In this document: piece after piece, positions 39,511 through 50,408 of the stretch
Layout: each line of letters starts with the position of its first letter
Position numbering within the stretch: the first letter of the stretch is position 1
Source: an uncultured Desulfurococcaceae archaeon
Lineage (GTDB): Archaea > Thermoproteota > Thermoprotei_A > Sulfolobales > Desulfurococcaceae
Length of the DNA: 64,000 nt
Assembly: GCA_964627005.1 (NCBI GenBank)
Contig: CAZVHC010000002.1
Coordinates: forward strand, 13,619 to 77,618
Direction: 5' to 3'
Notes under the pieces: model-generated
The model's database searches: none
What the model saw: only the letters and a program-made list of their open reading frames with translations
What the model was told of the DNA's origin: nothing
Made by a program: the position numbers and the translations under genes

Positions 39511-40509
39511 TTGTGGTTCAAGCTCATCAATGAGGTGGATATATTGCCTGAGGTATTACTAGAGGTTAAGGATCTACATACATACTTCTACACGACAAAA
39601 GGGATAGTTAGAGCAGTTGATGGGGTAAGTTTTACGCTTAACAAAGGAGAGGTATTGGGAATAGCTGGTGAATCAGGCTGTGGTAAAAGTACACTTGCAT
39701 ACTCGATCATAAGGCTGGTGCCTCCACCAGGTAAGATACATAGTGGAGAAATACGTTTCATGGGAGAAAACATTCTCAAGATGAGTAGGGAAGAGTTTAG
39801 GAGGAAGATAAGGTGGAAAGGCATATCAATGGTTTTCCAGGGAGCAATGAACGCTCTAAACCCAGTCTATACAGTAGGTGATCAGATAGCAGAGGTTCTC
39901 ATGCTACATGAGGGGCTGAGTAAGAGAGAAGCTTATGTAAGAGTCTATAAACTACTATCACTAGTAGGTATTGATCCAAGACGTGCCCATAGCTACCCCC
40001 ATGAGCTTAGTGGTGGTATGAAGCAACGTGTAATGATCGCTATGGCCCTAGCCCTAAATCCGCCGCTCGTGATCGCTGATGAGCCTACAACAGCTCTAGA
40101 TGTAGTTGTCCAAGCACAGATCATGAATCTTCTTAAGAGGTTACAGAAAGAACTCAAAATGTCAATTATACTCATAACACATGACCTAAGCCTTATAGCT
40201 GAAATAGCTGATAAAGTAGCGATCATGTATGCTGGTAAAATAGTTGAATTTGGTACAGCGGAACAGATCTTTTATAACCCACAGCATCCATACACTAAGG
40301 GCCTACTCTCATCAATACCGAGGATTAGGGGGGAGATTACCAAGCTTGAATGGATACCCGGTGTACCACCAGATCTAAGGAATCCTCCTCCTGGATGCCG
40401 GTTTGCCCCAAGATGTAAGTTTAGATTTGATAAATGCGATCAAGAGCCTCCCGTTATAGAGATTGAGCCTGGACACTATGTTGCTTGTTGGCTCTATGCC
40501 AAGGGGTAG
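39511..40509 (+). CDS. ABC transporter ATP-binding protein (OppD/DppD-like)
   Basis: Walker A GESGCGKST, signature LSGGMKQR, Walker B LVIADEPT, C-terminal oligopeptide-transporter domain PPGCRFAPRC. Confidence 0.9.
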   Translation: MWFKLINEVDILPEVLLEVKDLHTYFYTTKGIVRAVDGVSFTLNKGEVLGIAGESGCGKSTLAYSIIRLVPPPGKIHSGEIRFMGENILKMSREEFRRKIRWKGISMVFQGAMNALNPVYTVGDQIAEVLMLHEGLSKREAYVRVYKLLSLVGIDPRRAHSYPHELSGGMKQRVMIAMALALNPPLVIADEPTTALDVVVQAQIMNLLKRLQKELKMSIILITHDLSLIAEIADKVAIMYAGKIVEFGTAEQIFYNPQHPYTKGLLSSIPRIRGEITKLEWIPGVPPDLRNPPPGCRFAPRCKFRFDKCDQEPPVIEIEPGHYVACWLYAKG

Positions 40510-41644
40510 GAGGGGATATGTTGTGAGTGAACCAAATATATTTAAGCCTATACCTGATCAAAATACGATACTCTATGTAAAGGATTTAAAGACATGGTTC
40601 CCACTAAGGAGGGGATTAACAGATATACTACTGGGTAGGCCGCCAAGATACGTGAGAGCTGTTGATGGCATATCATTTGTTATAAAGGATGGGGAGGTAT
40701 TTGGATTAGCTGGTGAATCTGGATGTGGTAAGACCACAACTGGTAAGACCATACTAAGGCTCTATAAACCCACGAGCGGGCTTATAGCATATAGGCCTAG
40801 GAAGATATTAATTGATCAGTTTGAGGAACTAGGCTATAGTCCAAAGGTTGTTGATAAATATGGGAGTATTGACATAGGTGATATACCATCTAAGTATCTA
40901 AGACCACTACGTAGGGAGATGCAGATAATATTCCAAGACCCATATGGTAGCCTTAACCCTAGAATGACAATATATGATATACTTGAAGAGCCACTATTGA
41001 TACACGGTATCGGTGAGACAAGGGAGGAGAGATACGATATAGTTGCTCGTGCACTAGAGATGGTAAAACTAACCCCACCAGAAGAGTTCATGTATAGATA
41101 CCCACACATGTTATCTGGTGGTCAGAGACAACGTGTAGTTATTGCTAGAGCTCTAATCCTTAACCCAAGATTTGTTGTAGCTGATGAGCCTGTATCAATG
41201 CTTGATGTGAGTATTCGTGCAGAGATCCTTGAGCTCATGATGGAGCTTAAGAGGAAGCTTAACCTCACCTACATATTCATAAGCCATGACCTAGCTGTAT
41301 CAAGGTACATAACTAATAAGCTGGCAATAATGTATCTTGGAAAGATTGTTGAAATGGGTGATACGAGGAAGGTCATAGAGAACCCACTACACCCATATAC
41401 TAAGGCATTAATTGAAGCTATACCAGAACCTGATCCAAGGAATCGTACAAGGTTTAGGGAAATACCGATCAAGGGCGAAGTACCAAGTGCTATAAACATA
41501 CCTCCCGGATGCCGGTTCTACCCAAGATGTGTAGCTCTAGATGAACATCCAGAGCTCAAGCCCTACTGCACCCGTAAAGAACCACCACTAATAGAGGTTG
41601 AGCCCGGGCACTATGTTGCTTGTTGGCTCTACGCTAAAAAGTAG
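40463..41644 (+). CDS. ABC transporter ATP-binding protein (OppF/DppF-like)
   Basis: Walker A GESGCGKTT, LSGGQRQR, VVADEP and PPGCRFYPRC. The probable true start is GTG 40523, preceded by GGAGGGG. Confidence 0.9.
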   Translation: MSLDTMLLVGSMPRGRRGYVVSEPNIFKPIPDQNTILYVKDLKTWFPLRRGLTDILLGRPPRYVRAVDGISFVIKDGEVFGLAGESGCGKTTTGKTILRLYKPTSGLIAYRPRKILIDQFEELGYSPKVVDKYGSIDIGDIPSKYLRPLRREMQIIFQDPYGSLNPRMTIYDILEEPLLIHGIGETREERYDIVARALEMVKLTPPEEFMYRYPHMLSGGQRQRVVIARALILNPRFVVADEPVSMLDVSIRAEILELMMELKRKLNLTYIFISHDLAVSRYITNKLAIMYLGKIVEMGDTRKVIENPLHPYTKALIEAIPEPDPRNRTRFREIPIKGEVPSAINIPPGCRFYPRCVALDEHPELKPYCTRKEPPLIEVEPGHYVACWLYAKK

Positions 41645-41714
41645 GTGAAAGAATCTATACAATAACTGTTTTTATCCTTATCCAATCTATAGACTAAACC
41701 ATAGGTGGTACTAT

Positions 41715-42776
41715 TTGAAACCAGAGGAGAATACCGGGATTGTTGGATGGGGATCATATATTCCAAGGTATAGGCTACCCCTAGACGAGATCACACGTAT
41801 ATGGGGGTTCTCACCAGAAACACCAAAGGGTCTAAGGGTAGTAGAAAAAGCTGTTGCAGGACGTGATGAAGATGCACTTACAATGGGTTGGGAAGCAGCC
41901 TACAATGCCCTTAAAAGAGCAGGGATAAACCCCAAGGAAATTGGTGCAGTATGGTTTGGCACAGAATCAAAGCCATACGCAGTAAAACCATCAGCTACAG
42001 TAATAGCTGAAGCACTAGGGATAACACCCGATACAATGGCTACAGACCTAGAGTTTGCCTGTCGTGCAGCTAGTGAGGCATTGAGGATAGCTATTGGGGC
42101 AGTAGCATCTGGTCTCGTAAAATATGCATTAGTGATAGGCTCTGATACAGCTCAGGCAGAGCCAGGGGATATACTGGAGTACACGGCTTCATCAGCAGCA
42201 ACAGCATTCATAGTGGGCCCCTCTAATGAAGCAGCAGCTGTTTTCGAGGCTAGCTACACCTACGTAACTGATACACCCGACTTCTGGAGAAGAGCCTACA
42301 TGCCCTATCCACTACATGGGGAAGGATTTACTGGTGAACCAGCATACTTCCACCACATAGTCAATGCCGTAAAGGGTCTATTGGAGAAAGCTGGTTTGAA
42401 GGTAGAGGATTTCGACTACGCTATATTCCATCAGCCAAACGGTAGCTTCCCACTCAAGGTTGCACGTAAACTAGGTATTCCCAAGGAGAAAGTATTACCA
42501 GGGCTCGTGACACCATATATTGGTAACAGCTATAATGCCTCAGCTCTCATAGGATTCTCAAAAGTACTTGATCAAGCCAAGCCAGGCGATCGCATACTGG
42601 TTGCTCCATTTGGTAGTGGTGCTGGTAGTGATGCCTATAGCATAGTTGTTACTGATAAGATACTTGAGAAACGAGATAAAGCTCCTAAGGTAGAGGATTA
42701 CCTTGCACGTAAAAAGATCATTGATTATGCACTATATGCTAAGTATCGTGGTTTAATAAAACGTATCCGAAGGTGA
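41715..42776 (+). CDS. Hydroxymethylglutaryl-CoA synthase (archaeal type)
   Basis: [13 protein letters not shown], catalytic Cys context [22 protein letters not shown]. Confidence 0.9.
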   Translation: MKPEENTGIVGWGSYIPRYRLPLDEITRIWGFSPETPKGLRVVEKAVAGRDEDALTMGWEAAYNALKRAGINPKEIGAVWFGTESKPYAVKPSATVIAEALGITPDTMATDLEFACRAASEALRIAIGAVASGLVKYALVIGSDTAQAEPGDILEYTASSAATAFIVGPSNEAAAVFEASYTYVTDTPDFWRRAYMPYPLHGEGFTGEPAYFHHIVNAVKGLLEKAGLKVEDFDYAIFHQPNGSFPLKVARKLGIPKEKVLPGLVTPYIGNSYNASALIGFSKVLDQAKPGDRILVAPFGSGAGSDAYSIVVTDKILEKRDKAPKVEDYLARKKIIDYALYAKYRGLIKRIRR

Positions 42777-43213
42777 CCCATGTGAGGTTCTCCATAGCTC
42801 GTTATTGGAGAGAAAGACATAGCCTCTATAGGCTAAATGCTACTCGTTGCCTCAAGTGTAAACGTGTAAACTATCCACCATCAAGGATCTGTAGATACTG
42901 TGGTTCAAGGGAGACTGAGGAAATAGAGGTATTTGAGCCCGGTAAAGTAGTTACATGGACAGTCATACATTCATCACCAGAGGGTTATGAGGAGTACCGG
43001 CCACTAATAATAGCTATTGTAGAACTACTAGGTAGTGGTGTCAAGCTTTTAACAAGGCTAACTGACATTGATCCAGAGGATATTCGGGAGGGAATGCTTG
43101 TAGAACCAGTTCTCCGGAGGACTAGTGAGGATGGTGAAGCTGGTATCATAAGGTATGCACTACTATTCAGGCCCATGATCAAAGGTGCCCAAGGACATGG
43201 GCATACCACGTGA
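42773..43213 (+). CDS. DUF35 OB-fold/zinc-ribbon protein (scaffold of the archaeal thiolase/HMG-CoA synthase complex)
   Basis: [20 protein letters not shown] zinc ribbon followed by an OB-fold region. 4-nt overlap with the HMGCS gene. Confidence 0.85.
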   Translation: MTHVRFSIARYWRERHSLYRLNATRCLKCKRVNYPPSRICRYCGSRETEEIEVFEPGKVVTWTVIHSSPEGYEEYRPLIIAIVELLGSGVKLLTRLTDIDPEDIREGMLVEPVLRRTSEDGEAGIIRYALLFRPMIKGAQGHGHTT

Positions 43214-44438
43214 TATAAGAGAGCTTGTCAGGAAAGTTGTAAATGGAGAAATACCCTTCCACAAGATTGAGGAGATATCTGGCAATGCTAATATAGCTGT
43301 AGTTGTCCGTAGAAAGGCTCTAGAAGAAATACTTAATATTAATCTCCCAGCCATAGGCTCTACAATAATTGATTTTGTAGAAGTTGTTGGACGTAATATC
43401 GAAAACCCCATAGGAGCGGTACAAATACCACTTGGTATTGCTGGTCCACTAAAGATCAATGGTGAGTATGCCAGGGGGGATTACTATATCCCTCTAGCAA
43501 CAACTGAAGGAGCATTAGTAGCTAGTATTAATCGTGGATGTAAAGCACTCACACTAAGTGGTGGTGTGTACACCAAGATATTATTTGACGGTATGTCCCG
43601 TGCACCATTGTTTAAACTACCTAGTGTATTGGAGGCATATAGGTTTATTGAGTGGATTAGGGAGAGGTTCAACGAGATAAAGGAGGTAGCTGAATCAACA
43701 ACACGTTATGGCCGATTAATTAGAATAGATCCGTTTATACTAGGCAATAATGTATGGCTAAGATTTACGTATACAACAGGAGATGCTATGGGTATGAACA
43801 TGGTTACAATAGCTACTGATAAGGCATGCAGATACATACTGGATAAGTACCCAGGCGAAATAGAGTATATTGCATTGAGTGGTAACATGTGTGTTGATAA
43901 GAAACCATCAGCAGTAAACCTATTGTATGGGCGTGGAAAGACAGTTGTAGCAGAAGCAGTTGTTAAGAGAGATGTTATAGAAGAGACTCTAAAAACTACC
44001 CCAGAGAAAATAGTTGATATAAATACCCGTAAGAACTTACTAGGTAGTGCAAGAGCTGTATCGATAAGCTTTAATGCCCACATAGCAAATATTGTTGCAT
44101 CAATATTCATAGCCACAGGACAAGATCCTGCACAGATCGTTGAGAGTAGCCTCGGATACACATGGGCTGAACTCAGAGGCAACGATCTATATATCTCCGT
44201 CACACTACCTAGTCTAGAAGTAGGTACCGTTGGTGGAGGTACATGGCTACCTACACAGAGAGAGGCATTATCAATCCTTGGTGTAGCTGGTGCTGGTGAG
44301 AACCCGGGTGATAATGCTAGGAAACTAGCAGAGATTATTGCAGCAACTGTGTTAGCAGGTGAACTTAATCTATTAGCAGTACTTGCATCAGGTGAATTAG
44401 CTGAATCGCATAAGCGTCTAGGTAGGGGTGGAAAATAG
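43185..44438 (+). CDS. hmgA: HMG-CoA reductase, class I
   Basis: [19 protein letters not shown] and VGTVGGGT motifs. Confidence 0.9.
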   Translation: MPKDMGIPRDIRELVRKVVNGEIPFHKIEEISGNANIAVVVRRKALEEILNINLPAIGSTIIDFVEVVGRNIENPIGAVQIPLGIAGPLKINGEYARGDYYIPLATTEGALVASINRGCKALTLSGGVYTKILFDGMSRAPLFKLPSVLEAYRFIEWIRERFNEIKEVAESTTRYGRLIRIDPFILGNNVWLRFTYTTGDAMGMNMVTIATDKACRYILDKYPGEIEYIALSGNMCVDKKPSAVNLLYGRGKTVVAEAVVKRDVIEETLKTTPEKIVDINTRKNLLGSARAVSISFNAHIANIVASIFIATGQDPAQIVESSLGYTWAELRGNDLYISVTLPSLEVGTVGGGTWLPTQREALSILGVAGAGENPGDNARKLAEIIAATVLAGELNLLAVLASGELAESHKRLGRGGK

Positions 44439-45971
44439 TTTTTTTAACACAATATATTCCCTCTCCAATACATCCTCCACATACTCTCCAAGGACTATAT
44501 AGTCCCATGGAAGCCTCTCTCCAAATCTCCATCCTTCAAACACGTATTTCGTGGAATAACCATGTCTCCTCAATACCCTTCTCCAATTACCAAGTCCGCC
44601 ACCCATAATACCCCATTCAATAACTAGCCTAGATATACTCCAGTCACCAAGTGCTATGGATGCTTGTATCCATGCATAGTTAACATGATAGGGCCTTGTC
44701 TCAACTATTCTCCCAAGCTCATTCCTAATAAATTTAATGATGTTCCTGGCTCTCTCAAGATCGATCATTCCAATCCACTGGAAAACAGTCTTAGGCTTAG
44801 GTATAAGTGGATTTACTGTCACAGATACTCTTCTACCTCTCCTATGTGCATATCCTCCTATATCTCTTAGGAAATCTATGTTCTCCCTTATACTATCAAG
44901 GGATTCTCCCTTAATACCGAGGATAAAGTATAGCTTAAGATCAAATCCTCTATCAATAACCTTCATTAGAATATTCTTAAGATTCCTTCCATGGCACTTA
45001 TACAGTATCTTCTCACCATAGGAGCTAATATTTTCTGGTGCAGTAGTAATCATCCTCTGACCAACACTCCATATCAGATCGAGGTTTTCGTCATTAAGCA
45101 GATCAGTTCTCAGAGAGGGTATGGAAGCCTTTAAACCATTATCTCCTAGATATTCTAGTATCTTCCTCTCAGAATCACTTCCAAGGAAGTATAGTGAGTA
45201 GAATATAACACGATCAATATTATTAGCCTCAAGACCAGCATCAATAACCCTCCTCAGCCAATTGTAGGAATGTGGCCTATAGGGTTTAAACAATCTACTC
45301 TCAAGACAGAATCTACACCAATAAGGACAACCACGTGAAGACTCAATAAGTAAACCACGTCCATAAACGGGTTCTCTATCAATACATTGTATTTGTCTAA
45401 CGGGGTAGAATGTACTATCAATATCTCTTACCCAAACCCTCCTAGTCTCCTCCATAGCGGATGGCTGGAAAAAACCATCACCACGGATTTCCTCCAGGAT
45501 CCTTGGGGGATTACCATGATATTCTAATATGGTGTCTACAAGCCTTGGGATCAAAGCCTCGATCTCGCCGATAATTACTACGTCAACAACATCAGATAGA
45601 GGTGCGGGATTAGACGTTGGTGCTGGACCACCTACGAAAATAAGTGGTTTACCCTTCCTCCTTAACCTAAAAACCTCTATACCACCACGGTATAGCATGT
45701 TAATGAACTTAGCATAATCCAGTTCATAATGTATACTAGCAACTATATAGTCAAAATCCCTTAGTGGAGAATTCGTCTCAATACTTCTAATACCCTGATC
45801 AGTATATGTAAATCTCTCCATATAGATCTCCGGATAACTATTTACCAGGTAATAGATCATATGTATTGCTAGACTAGATAATGATGCCTCATAAGTACTC
45901 GGATATACTAGAGCTATTCTAACCATACCACTCCTTAACTTCTTCTTAACAATATTTACTTCACTAACCAC
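44418..45971 (-). CDS. B12-binding-domain radical SAM protein (class B-like)
   Basis: N-terminal Rossmann-like B12-binding-type region (VRIALVYPS...FVGGPAPT) and the cluster motif [12 protein letters not shown]. Confidence 0.8.
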   Translation of the reverse strand: MVSEVNIVKKKLRSGMVRIALVYPSTYEASLSSLAIHMIYYLVNSYPEIYMERFTYTDQGIRSIETNSPLRDFDYIVASIHYELDYAKFINMLYRGGIEVFRLRRKGKPLIFVGGPAPTSNPAPLSDVVDVVIIGEIEALIPRLVDTILEYHGNPPRILEEIRGDGFFQPSAMEETRRVWVRDIDSTFYPVRQIQCIDREPVYGRGLLIESSRGCPYWCRFCLESRLFKPYRPHSYNWLRRVIDAGLEANNIDRVIFYSLYFLGSDSERKILEYLGDNGLKASIPSLRTDLLNDENLDLIWSVGQRMITTAPENISSYGEKILYKCHGRNLKNILMKVIDRGFDLKLYFILGIKGESLDSIRENIDFLRDIGGYAHRRGRRVSVTVNPLIPKPKTVFQWIGMIDLERARNIIKFIRNELGRIVETRPYHVNYAWIQASIALGDWSISRLVIEWGIMGGGLGNWRRVLRRHGYSTKYVFEGWRFGERLPWDYIVLGEYVEDVLEREYIVLKKLFSTPT

Positions 45972-46040
45972 TTAAGACCCACCATGATCCCCTAATTTTT
46001 TCTACCACTACATACTATAATATATAGTGAGGGATATCTA

Positions 46041-47258
46041 TTGGTTGGCCGTTTCGATGAACTACTTAACCCTAGAGTTAAAAGATTACGTGCATCCGAA
46101 ATAAGGGAACTACTAAAACTAGTGAAGAGGTCAAAGGATATCATAAGCTTTGCAGGAGGACTACCTGATCCAAGGTATTTCCCAAGGGAGGAACTCGCAG
46201 AGATAGCTCGTAAGCTTATCATAGAATATGGAGATTATAGTCTACAGTATAGTGAGACTAAGGGAGTGTATGAGGCAAGAGAAGCTCTAGCAAAATTCCT
46301 ATATAAGTTCAGGGGTATAAAGGCTGATCCAGAGGACATAATAATCACCAGTGGTAGCCAGGAAGGACTACACATACTGGCAACAGCATTCATAACACCT
46401 GGAGATAAAGTGATTACTGAGTCACCAACATACCTAGCTGCACTTGGAGCTTTTAGACTAGCTGGAGCTGATGTTATCGGTATAAAGATAGATGATCATG
46501 GTATGAAGACGATAGCTCTAGAGGATGAGTTGAAGAGACTCTACGCACTTGATATTATGCCTAAATTCATATACACAATACCGGTAGCCCAGAACCCCGG
46601 TGGAGTGACAATGTCTCTTGATAGGAAGAAACATCTCCTAGAACTAGCCAGTAAATATGATCTAATAGTGATCGAGGATGACCCCTATAGCTTCTTCGTA
46701 TTTGACGAAAACGCTGATGTAACATCTATAAAGTCACTTGATAAGGAAGATCGTGTTATATACATGAGTACTGCTAGTAAGATACTGGCACCAGGTATAA
46801 GGCTTGGGTGGATGGTTGTACCAAAGGATCTGAGTAGAAAGATCGAGTTATTGAAGCAATATGTGGATCTACATAGTCCAACACTAAACCAGTACATACT
46901 AGCTGAAGCGATAAACACGGGTCTTGTAGAGAGGCATATACGTAGACTTGCAAAGGTCTATAAGGAGAAGAGGGATGCAATGATCAAGGCGTTGGATGAA
47001 TACTTCCCAGACTATACATGGTACAGTAGACCTATAGGTGGATTCTTCGTATTCACCTATATATTCAAGGAAGGCTTTGACGCTAGAAAGCTCATGGATG
47101 TAGCGTTGAAGAAGTATAAGGTAGCCTATGTACCAGGGCAGGGCTTCCATCCAGATGGTAGTGGTGCTAATAGTATGAGGCTCAACTATAGTTACCCAAC
47201 AGTAGAACTTATATGGGAGGGTATTCGGAGACTTGCACAAATGATCAAGGAGGCCTAG
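46041..47258 (+). CDS. PLP-dependent aminotransferase, class I/II (2-aminoadipate/aromatic aminotransferase-like)
   Basis: RASEIRELLKL, YSETKG, and the PLP lysine context TASKILAPGIRLGW. Confidence 0.85.
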   Translation: MVGRFDELLNPRVKRLRASEIRELLKLVKRSKDIISFAGGLPDPRYFPREELAEIARKLIIEYGDYSLQYSETKGVYEAREALAKFLYKFRGIKADPEDIIITSGSQEGLHILATAFITPGDKVITESPTYLAALGAFRLAGADVIGIKIDDHGMKTIALEDELKRLYALDIMPKFIYTIPVAQNPGGVTMSLDRKKHLLELASKYDLIVIEDDPYSFFVFDENADVTSIKSLDKEDRVIYMSTASKILAPGIRLGWMVVPKDLSRKIELLKQYVDLHSPTLNQYILAEAINTGLVERHIRRLAKVYKEKRDAMIKALDEYFPDYTWYSRPIGGFFVFTYIFKEGFDARKLMDVALKKYKVAYVPGQGFHPDGSGANSMRLNYSYPTVELIWEGIRRLAQMIKEA

Positions 47259-48142
47259 GTAAGAGATACTATAACGCCAGTACTATTTACAGGAAGTAAT
47301 CCAAGAACCTCCGATAAACTTCTAACATGGATCCTCCTAACATATCTCTCAATAATTTTTCTTAAACCCTCAATACACTTGTAATGCCTCTCCTCAGGAA
47401 CTGGTTTTACAAACTCTACCCTACGTGGACTACGTATTGATATGTGTACGTATCTAATGAAAGGGTTTAAATGTATCACTAGATCGTTTGAGCCTAGGTG
47501 CTCTAATATATGGTATAAGTATATTGGTGTCATTGACCCATAGAACACCGTGTCAAAACAACATTTTATATCCTGTATCTTACCATATGCTTCAACGCCA
47601 TGCCTACGAAGTATCCTAGCAGAATTTTTGGAATGAGTATATACAGCTAGTCTTGAGACATGCTCTCTTGATAGTATAGCTAATGCAATAGACTCTAGCC
47701 CCCCACCTATAATCAATAGATTAGCCCCCTTCACTTCCTCAGCTACCTTGGAAGCTACTGCTAGATGGTATGAGATACTGTAAAGTGGGTCTAGACTAGA
47801 TATTGTCTTTACAATTGATTCCATGGGAACTACAGTATATTTAGATATTAGCCCATCAATATCAAGTCCTAAGATACCATGTCTGGTGATCGGAGATACT
47901 ATTGCCACCGAACCACTTAGCTCCGAACTAGCTCCATAACCAGCCTCAATTACCCTAACAACACCTACTGACCCCAGTACTACTGGTTTCTTAACCAGTG
48001 TATAGCCTATTGATATAGAGTTCTCCAGCCCACCTACATATACATGTAGTGGTTTCACAAGATAATGCTTACTAAGTATCCTCACTGGTATCTTATCAAT
48101 ATATATTCCGCCATAACCAGCTACTAGTGCCTCAGCTTCCAA
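47255..48142 (-). CDS. Medium-chain dehydrogenase/reductase-like protein (degenerate, no obvious zinc ligands)
   Basis: GSVGVVRVIEAG resembles GHE..G.V.EVG. LLIIGGGLESIALA resembles the Rossmann GxGxxG. Weak call. Confidence 0.35.
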   Translation of the reverse strand: MEAEALVAGYGGIYIDKIPVRILSKHYLVKPLHVYVGGLENSISIGYTLVKKPVVLGSVGVVRVIEAGYGASSELSGSVAIVSPITRHGILGLDIDGLISKYTVVPMESIVKTISSLDPLYSISYHLAVASKVAEEVKGANLLIIGGGLESIALAILSREHVSRLAVYTHSKNSARILRRHGVEAYGKIQDIKCCFDTVFYGSMTPIYLYHILEHLGSNDLVIHLNPFIRYVHISIRSPRRVEFVKPVPEERHYKCIEGLRKIIERYVRRIHVRSLSEVLGLLPVNSTGVIVSLT

Positions 48143-48220
48143 TGTCTCTTCACCTTTTAATAACTACTAGATAGTCTATAAATAATATAGATTACCATTA
48201 CCGGGTATGGTGTAAGTGTC

Positions 48221-48589
48221 TTGGATAAAACCGATCTAGTACACTGGATCAGTAAGGAAGCACGATATAGGATCATAGAGGTTCTAGCATCTACACGTAG
48301 CTTAAAACAACTTGCACAAGAACTAGGTGTTTCATCAGCAGCAGTCAATAAGTATCTATCAAGACGTATGCATCCAAGTGATCAGACAATAGCTCGTGCT
48401 CTAGAGATACTCTATGACTATGAAAGGGAAAGGATCTACCAAATCATTATTGATGATCTGTTTAATGCACTATCAAAGCTTGTAGATACTGCATGTGGGG
48501 AATCAGAGTACCTACGTAGATATATATTGGAGAGGCTATATGGCTTGATCAGGAGGATTGAGAGGGGTGGTGAAGGAGAAGAGGGGTAG
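48221..48589 (+). CDS. Putative HTH DNA-binding protein
   Basis: SLKQLAQELGVSSAAVNKYLS looks like a helix-turn-helix. 122 aa. Confidence 0.45.
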   Translation: MDKTDLVHWISKEARYRIIEVLASTRSLKQLAQELGVSSAAVNKYLSRRMHPSDQTIARALEILYDYERERIYQIIIDDLFNALSKLVDTACGESEYLRRYILERLYGLIRRIERGGEGEEG

Positions 48590-48959
48590 GCCATTCTTAG
48601 CAGATGGTAGTCTTGTAGAGGACTATACATTATTGTTTAAGTACTGGGAGAAGGCACGTTCAAGGAATAAGTCATTAGCTGAGAAAGCAGTACTTACGCA
48701 CGAGGATTTTATTGAGCTTGAGAGGATTGCTGAATCCTTTTATGGGCACTCTATAATAGATCTAATAAACTTCTTCAAGGAAGTAATGAGGGAGAGAATA
48801 GATCCAGAGATTGCTGTTGAAGCCTATAAGGAAACCTATGGAGTAGTTGTTGAAGAAGCTACTGCAGTTGACAAGTTAGCTACAATACTTGCATCATGGC
48901 TTCTAGAAGCTGGTAGGCAACTCAAGATCATAGGGTACCGTAGCTGGAGAGATAGGTGA
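48558..48959 (+). CDS. Hypothetical protein
   Basis: 133-aa ORF overlapping the preceding ORF by 32 nt. Helical-looking, no recognisable motif. Confidence 0.35.
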   Translation: MRGVVKEKRGRPFLADGSLVEDYTLLFKYWEKARSRNKSLAEKAVLTHEDFIELERIAESFYGHSIIDLINFFKEVMRERIDPEIAVEAYKETYGVVVEEATAVDKLATILASWLLEAGRQLKIIGYRSWRDR

Positions 48960-49136
48960 ATAAGACTATGATGTACCGCTAAATTTGTAGTGGACATCGT
49001 GGTCTAAGTCTAAAATGGTTACTATGTCCATGGGAATTCCACTAATAACCTTGTTAATGGACTTATGAGTATCTTGGAAATGGTATAGGCTTATAGATTG
49101 TTTAGGGTATGGTGATCTATGTATTTCTGGAATACA

Positions 49137-49409
49137 TTATTTGATTATGTAAAACAGTATATTCCTATATAGCTTCATATTAGCTACTAAATCCAGCTTA
49201 TCCACACCAATAATAATCAGTACTGGTTCACTATGTACCACCATAGTTTCTAGGAAATACTCTAGTGTATCAGGTGTTGTGACTATATCCCCTCCAAAAC
49301 CCTCCTCTAAGACAATATGTATTGTCTGTGGACATAGTTTTAAATGGCGATAGACAATATCTCTAGAGAGGCCAACAAGGTTAATCAATACACGTATACA
49401 GTCTGTCAA
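49137..49409 (-). CDS. Hypothetical small protein (doubtful; possibly a degenerate AAA+ fragment)
   Basis: 90-aa ORF with a TTG start only 17 bp from the divergent ORF at 49427. VLIIIGVDKLDLV...LYRNIL faintly resembles a Walker B region of Orc1/Cdc6-type ATPases, but with DE replaced. Confidence 0.2.
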   Translation of the reverse strand: MTDCIRVLINLVGLSRDIVYRHLKLCPQTIHIVLEEGFGGDIVTTPDTLEYFLETMVVHSEPVLIIIGVDKLDLVANMKLYRNILFYIIK

Positions 49410-49426
49410 AGGGTGTATTCCCCAGT

Positions 49427-49714
49427 ATGCTTAATACGAGGATACTAGAAGATATTGTTTATGGTTTTCTTAGAGAGGCGAGGATAAGGTATGGAGAGTC
49501 ATGGGTTGAAAGGATAAAGCTTAGTTCATCAAAGGCTACCCTATACATGGTTGTTGGTGGTGAGAGGGTTAAGGCAATAATATATAGGGATAAGGTTAAA
49601 GTTAGGGTATATAGTAGGTTGAAGGGGCTATGTATAGCTGTACAGAGAATACTTGAGAGAGAATACATAAAGGCTTTGAAGAGGTGGGAGCGTGAAGGAG
49701 AGGAATCCATATAG
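49427..49714 (+). CDS. Hypothetical protein
   Basis: 95-aa basic ORF, no recognisable motif. Confidence 0.35.
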   Translation: MLNTRILEDIVYGFLREARIRYGESWVERIKLSSSKATLYMVVGGERVKAIIYRDKVKVRVYSRLKGLCIAVQRILEREYIKALKRWEREGEESI

Positions 49715-50408
49715 GAAACGCATACAACTTGCAGTAGATATACTGGGGGAAGTAATTGGGCGTCAAGACATAGATAGGTATAAACTGATCGAGATAATGA
49801 AGCAGAAGTATTCAAGAACAAAAACACAGCCGCTAAGAGGTAAAGCATTACCTCCAGACATATATGATAAGGAGCTTACAACACTCTATGTTGTGGGACG
49901 TTATGGGCTTGGACTGGACATTGATTATCCTGAAGAGTTTAATAGATTATTTGATAAGGAGATATTATTTGATCAAGCTATAGCCTATGTATTGGATAAA
50001 GAGTTTGAGGAAGCCCGGAAAATACTCTTAGAGTTATCACCTGCCCGAGTGATTGATAGTAATACTCTTGCACGAATGTTACGTGTGGCATTCACTAAGA
50101 CGATACTAGGATTTATGGATGAGAACATATTTTATAAACTACTACACATGTGTATGGAGGCTTTTCCAGAGGAAGTCCGGACAGTACATAACTACGTTAG
50201 ATTCTATATAGCGTTTAAACTAGCTGAAGAAATATATGGTGGTGGGATAAGGGATCGTTTGACCAAGGAAGCCTATAAGCAAGCATTAGCTGTCAAGATG
50301 GGGTTCCCCAAGATATTGCCCAACGATAAATATGTATATACTATAGCATCCGAGGTATTCAATATCAATAGGAAGATACTGGGGAAAATACTTAGTGTAA
50401 AGGAATAG
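49692..50408 (+). CDS. Hypothetical protein
   Basis: 238-aa helical-looking ORF (GTG start) overlapping the previous ORF by 23 nt. Its stop abuts the Lhr gene stop. Confidence 0.5.
   Translation: MKERNPYRKRIQLAVDILGEVIGRQDIDRYKLIEIMKQKYSRTKTQPLRGKALPPDIYDKELTTLYVVGRYGLGLDIDYPEEFNRLFDKEILFDQAIAYVLDKEFEEARKILLELSPARVIDSNTLARMLRVAFTKTILGFMDENIFYKLLHMCMEAFPEEVRTVHNYVRFYIAFKLAEEIYGGGIRDRLTKEAYKQALAVKMGFPKILPNDKYVYTIASEVFNINRKILGKILSVKE

Noticed and set aside
49427-50408. The 95-aa and 238-aa ORFs as one frameshifted gene
   Set aside because: The second ORF has its own GTG start within the 23-nt overlap. I know of no family in which the two parts are fused, so this cannot be decided from the sequence alone.
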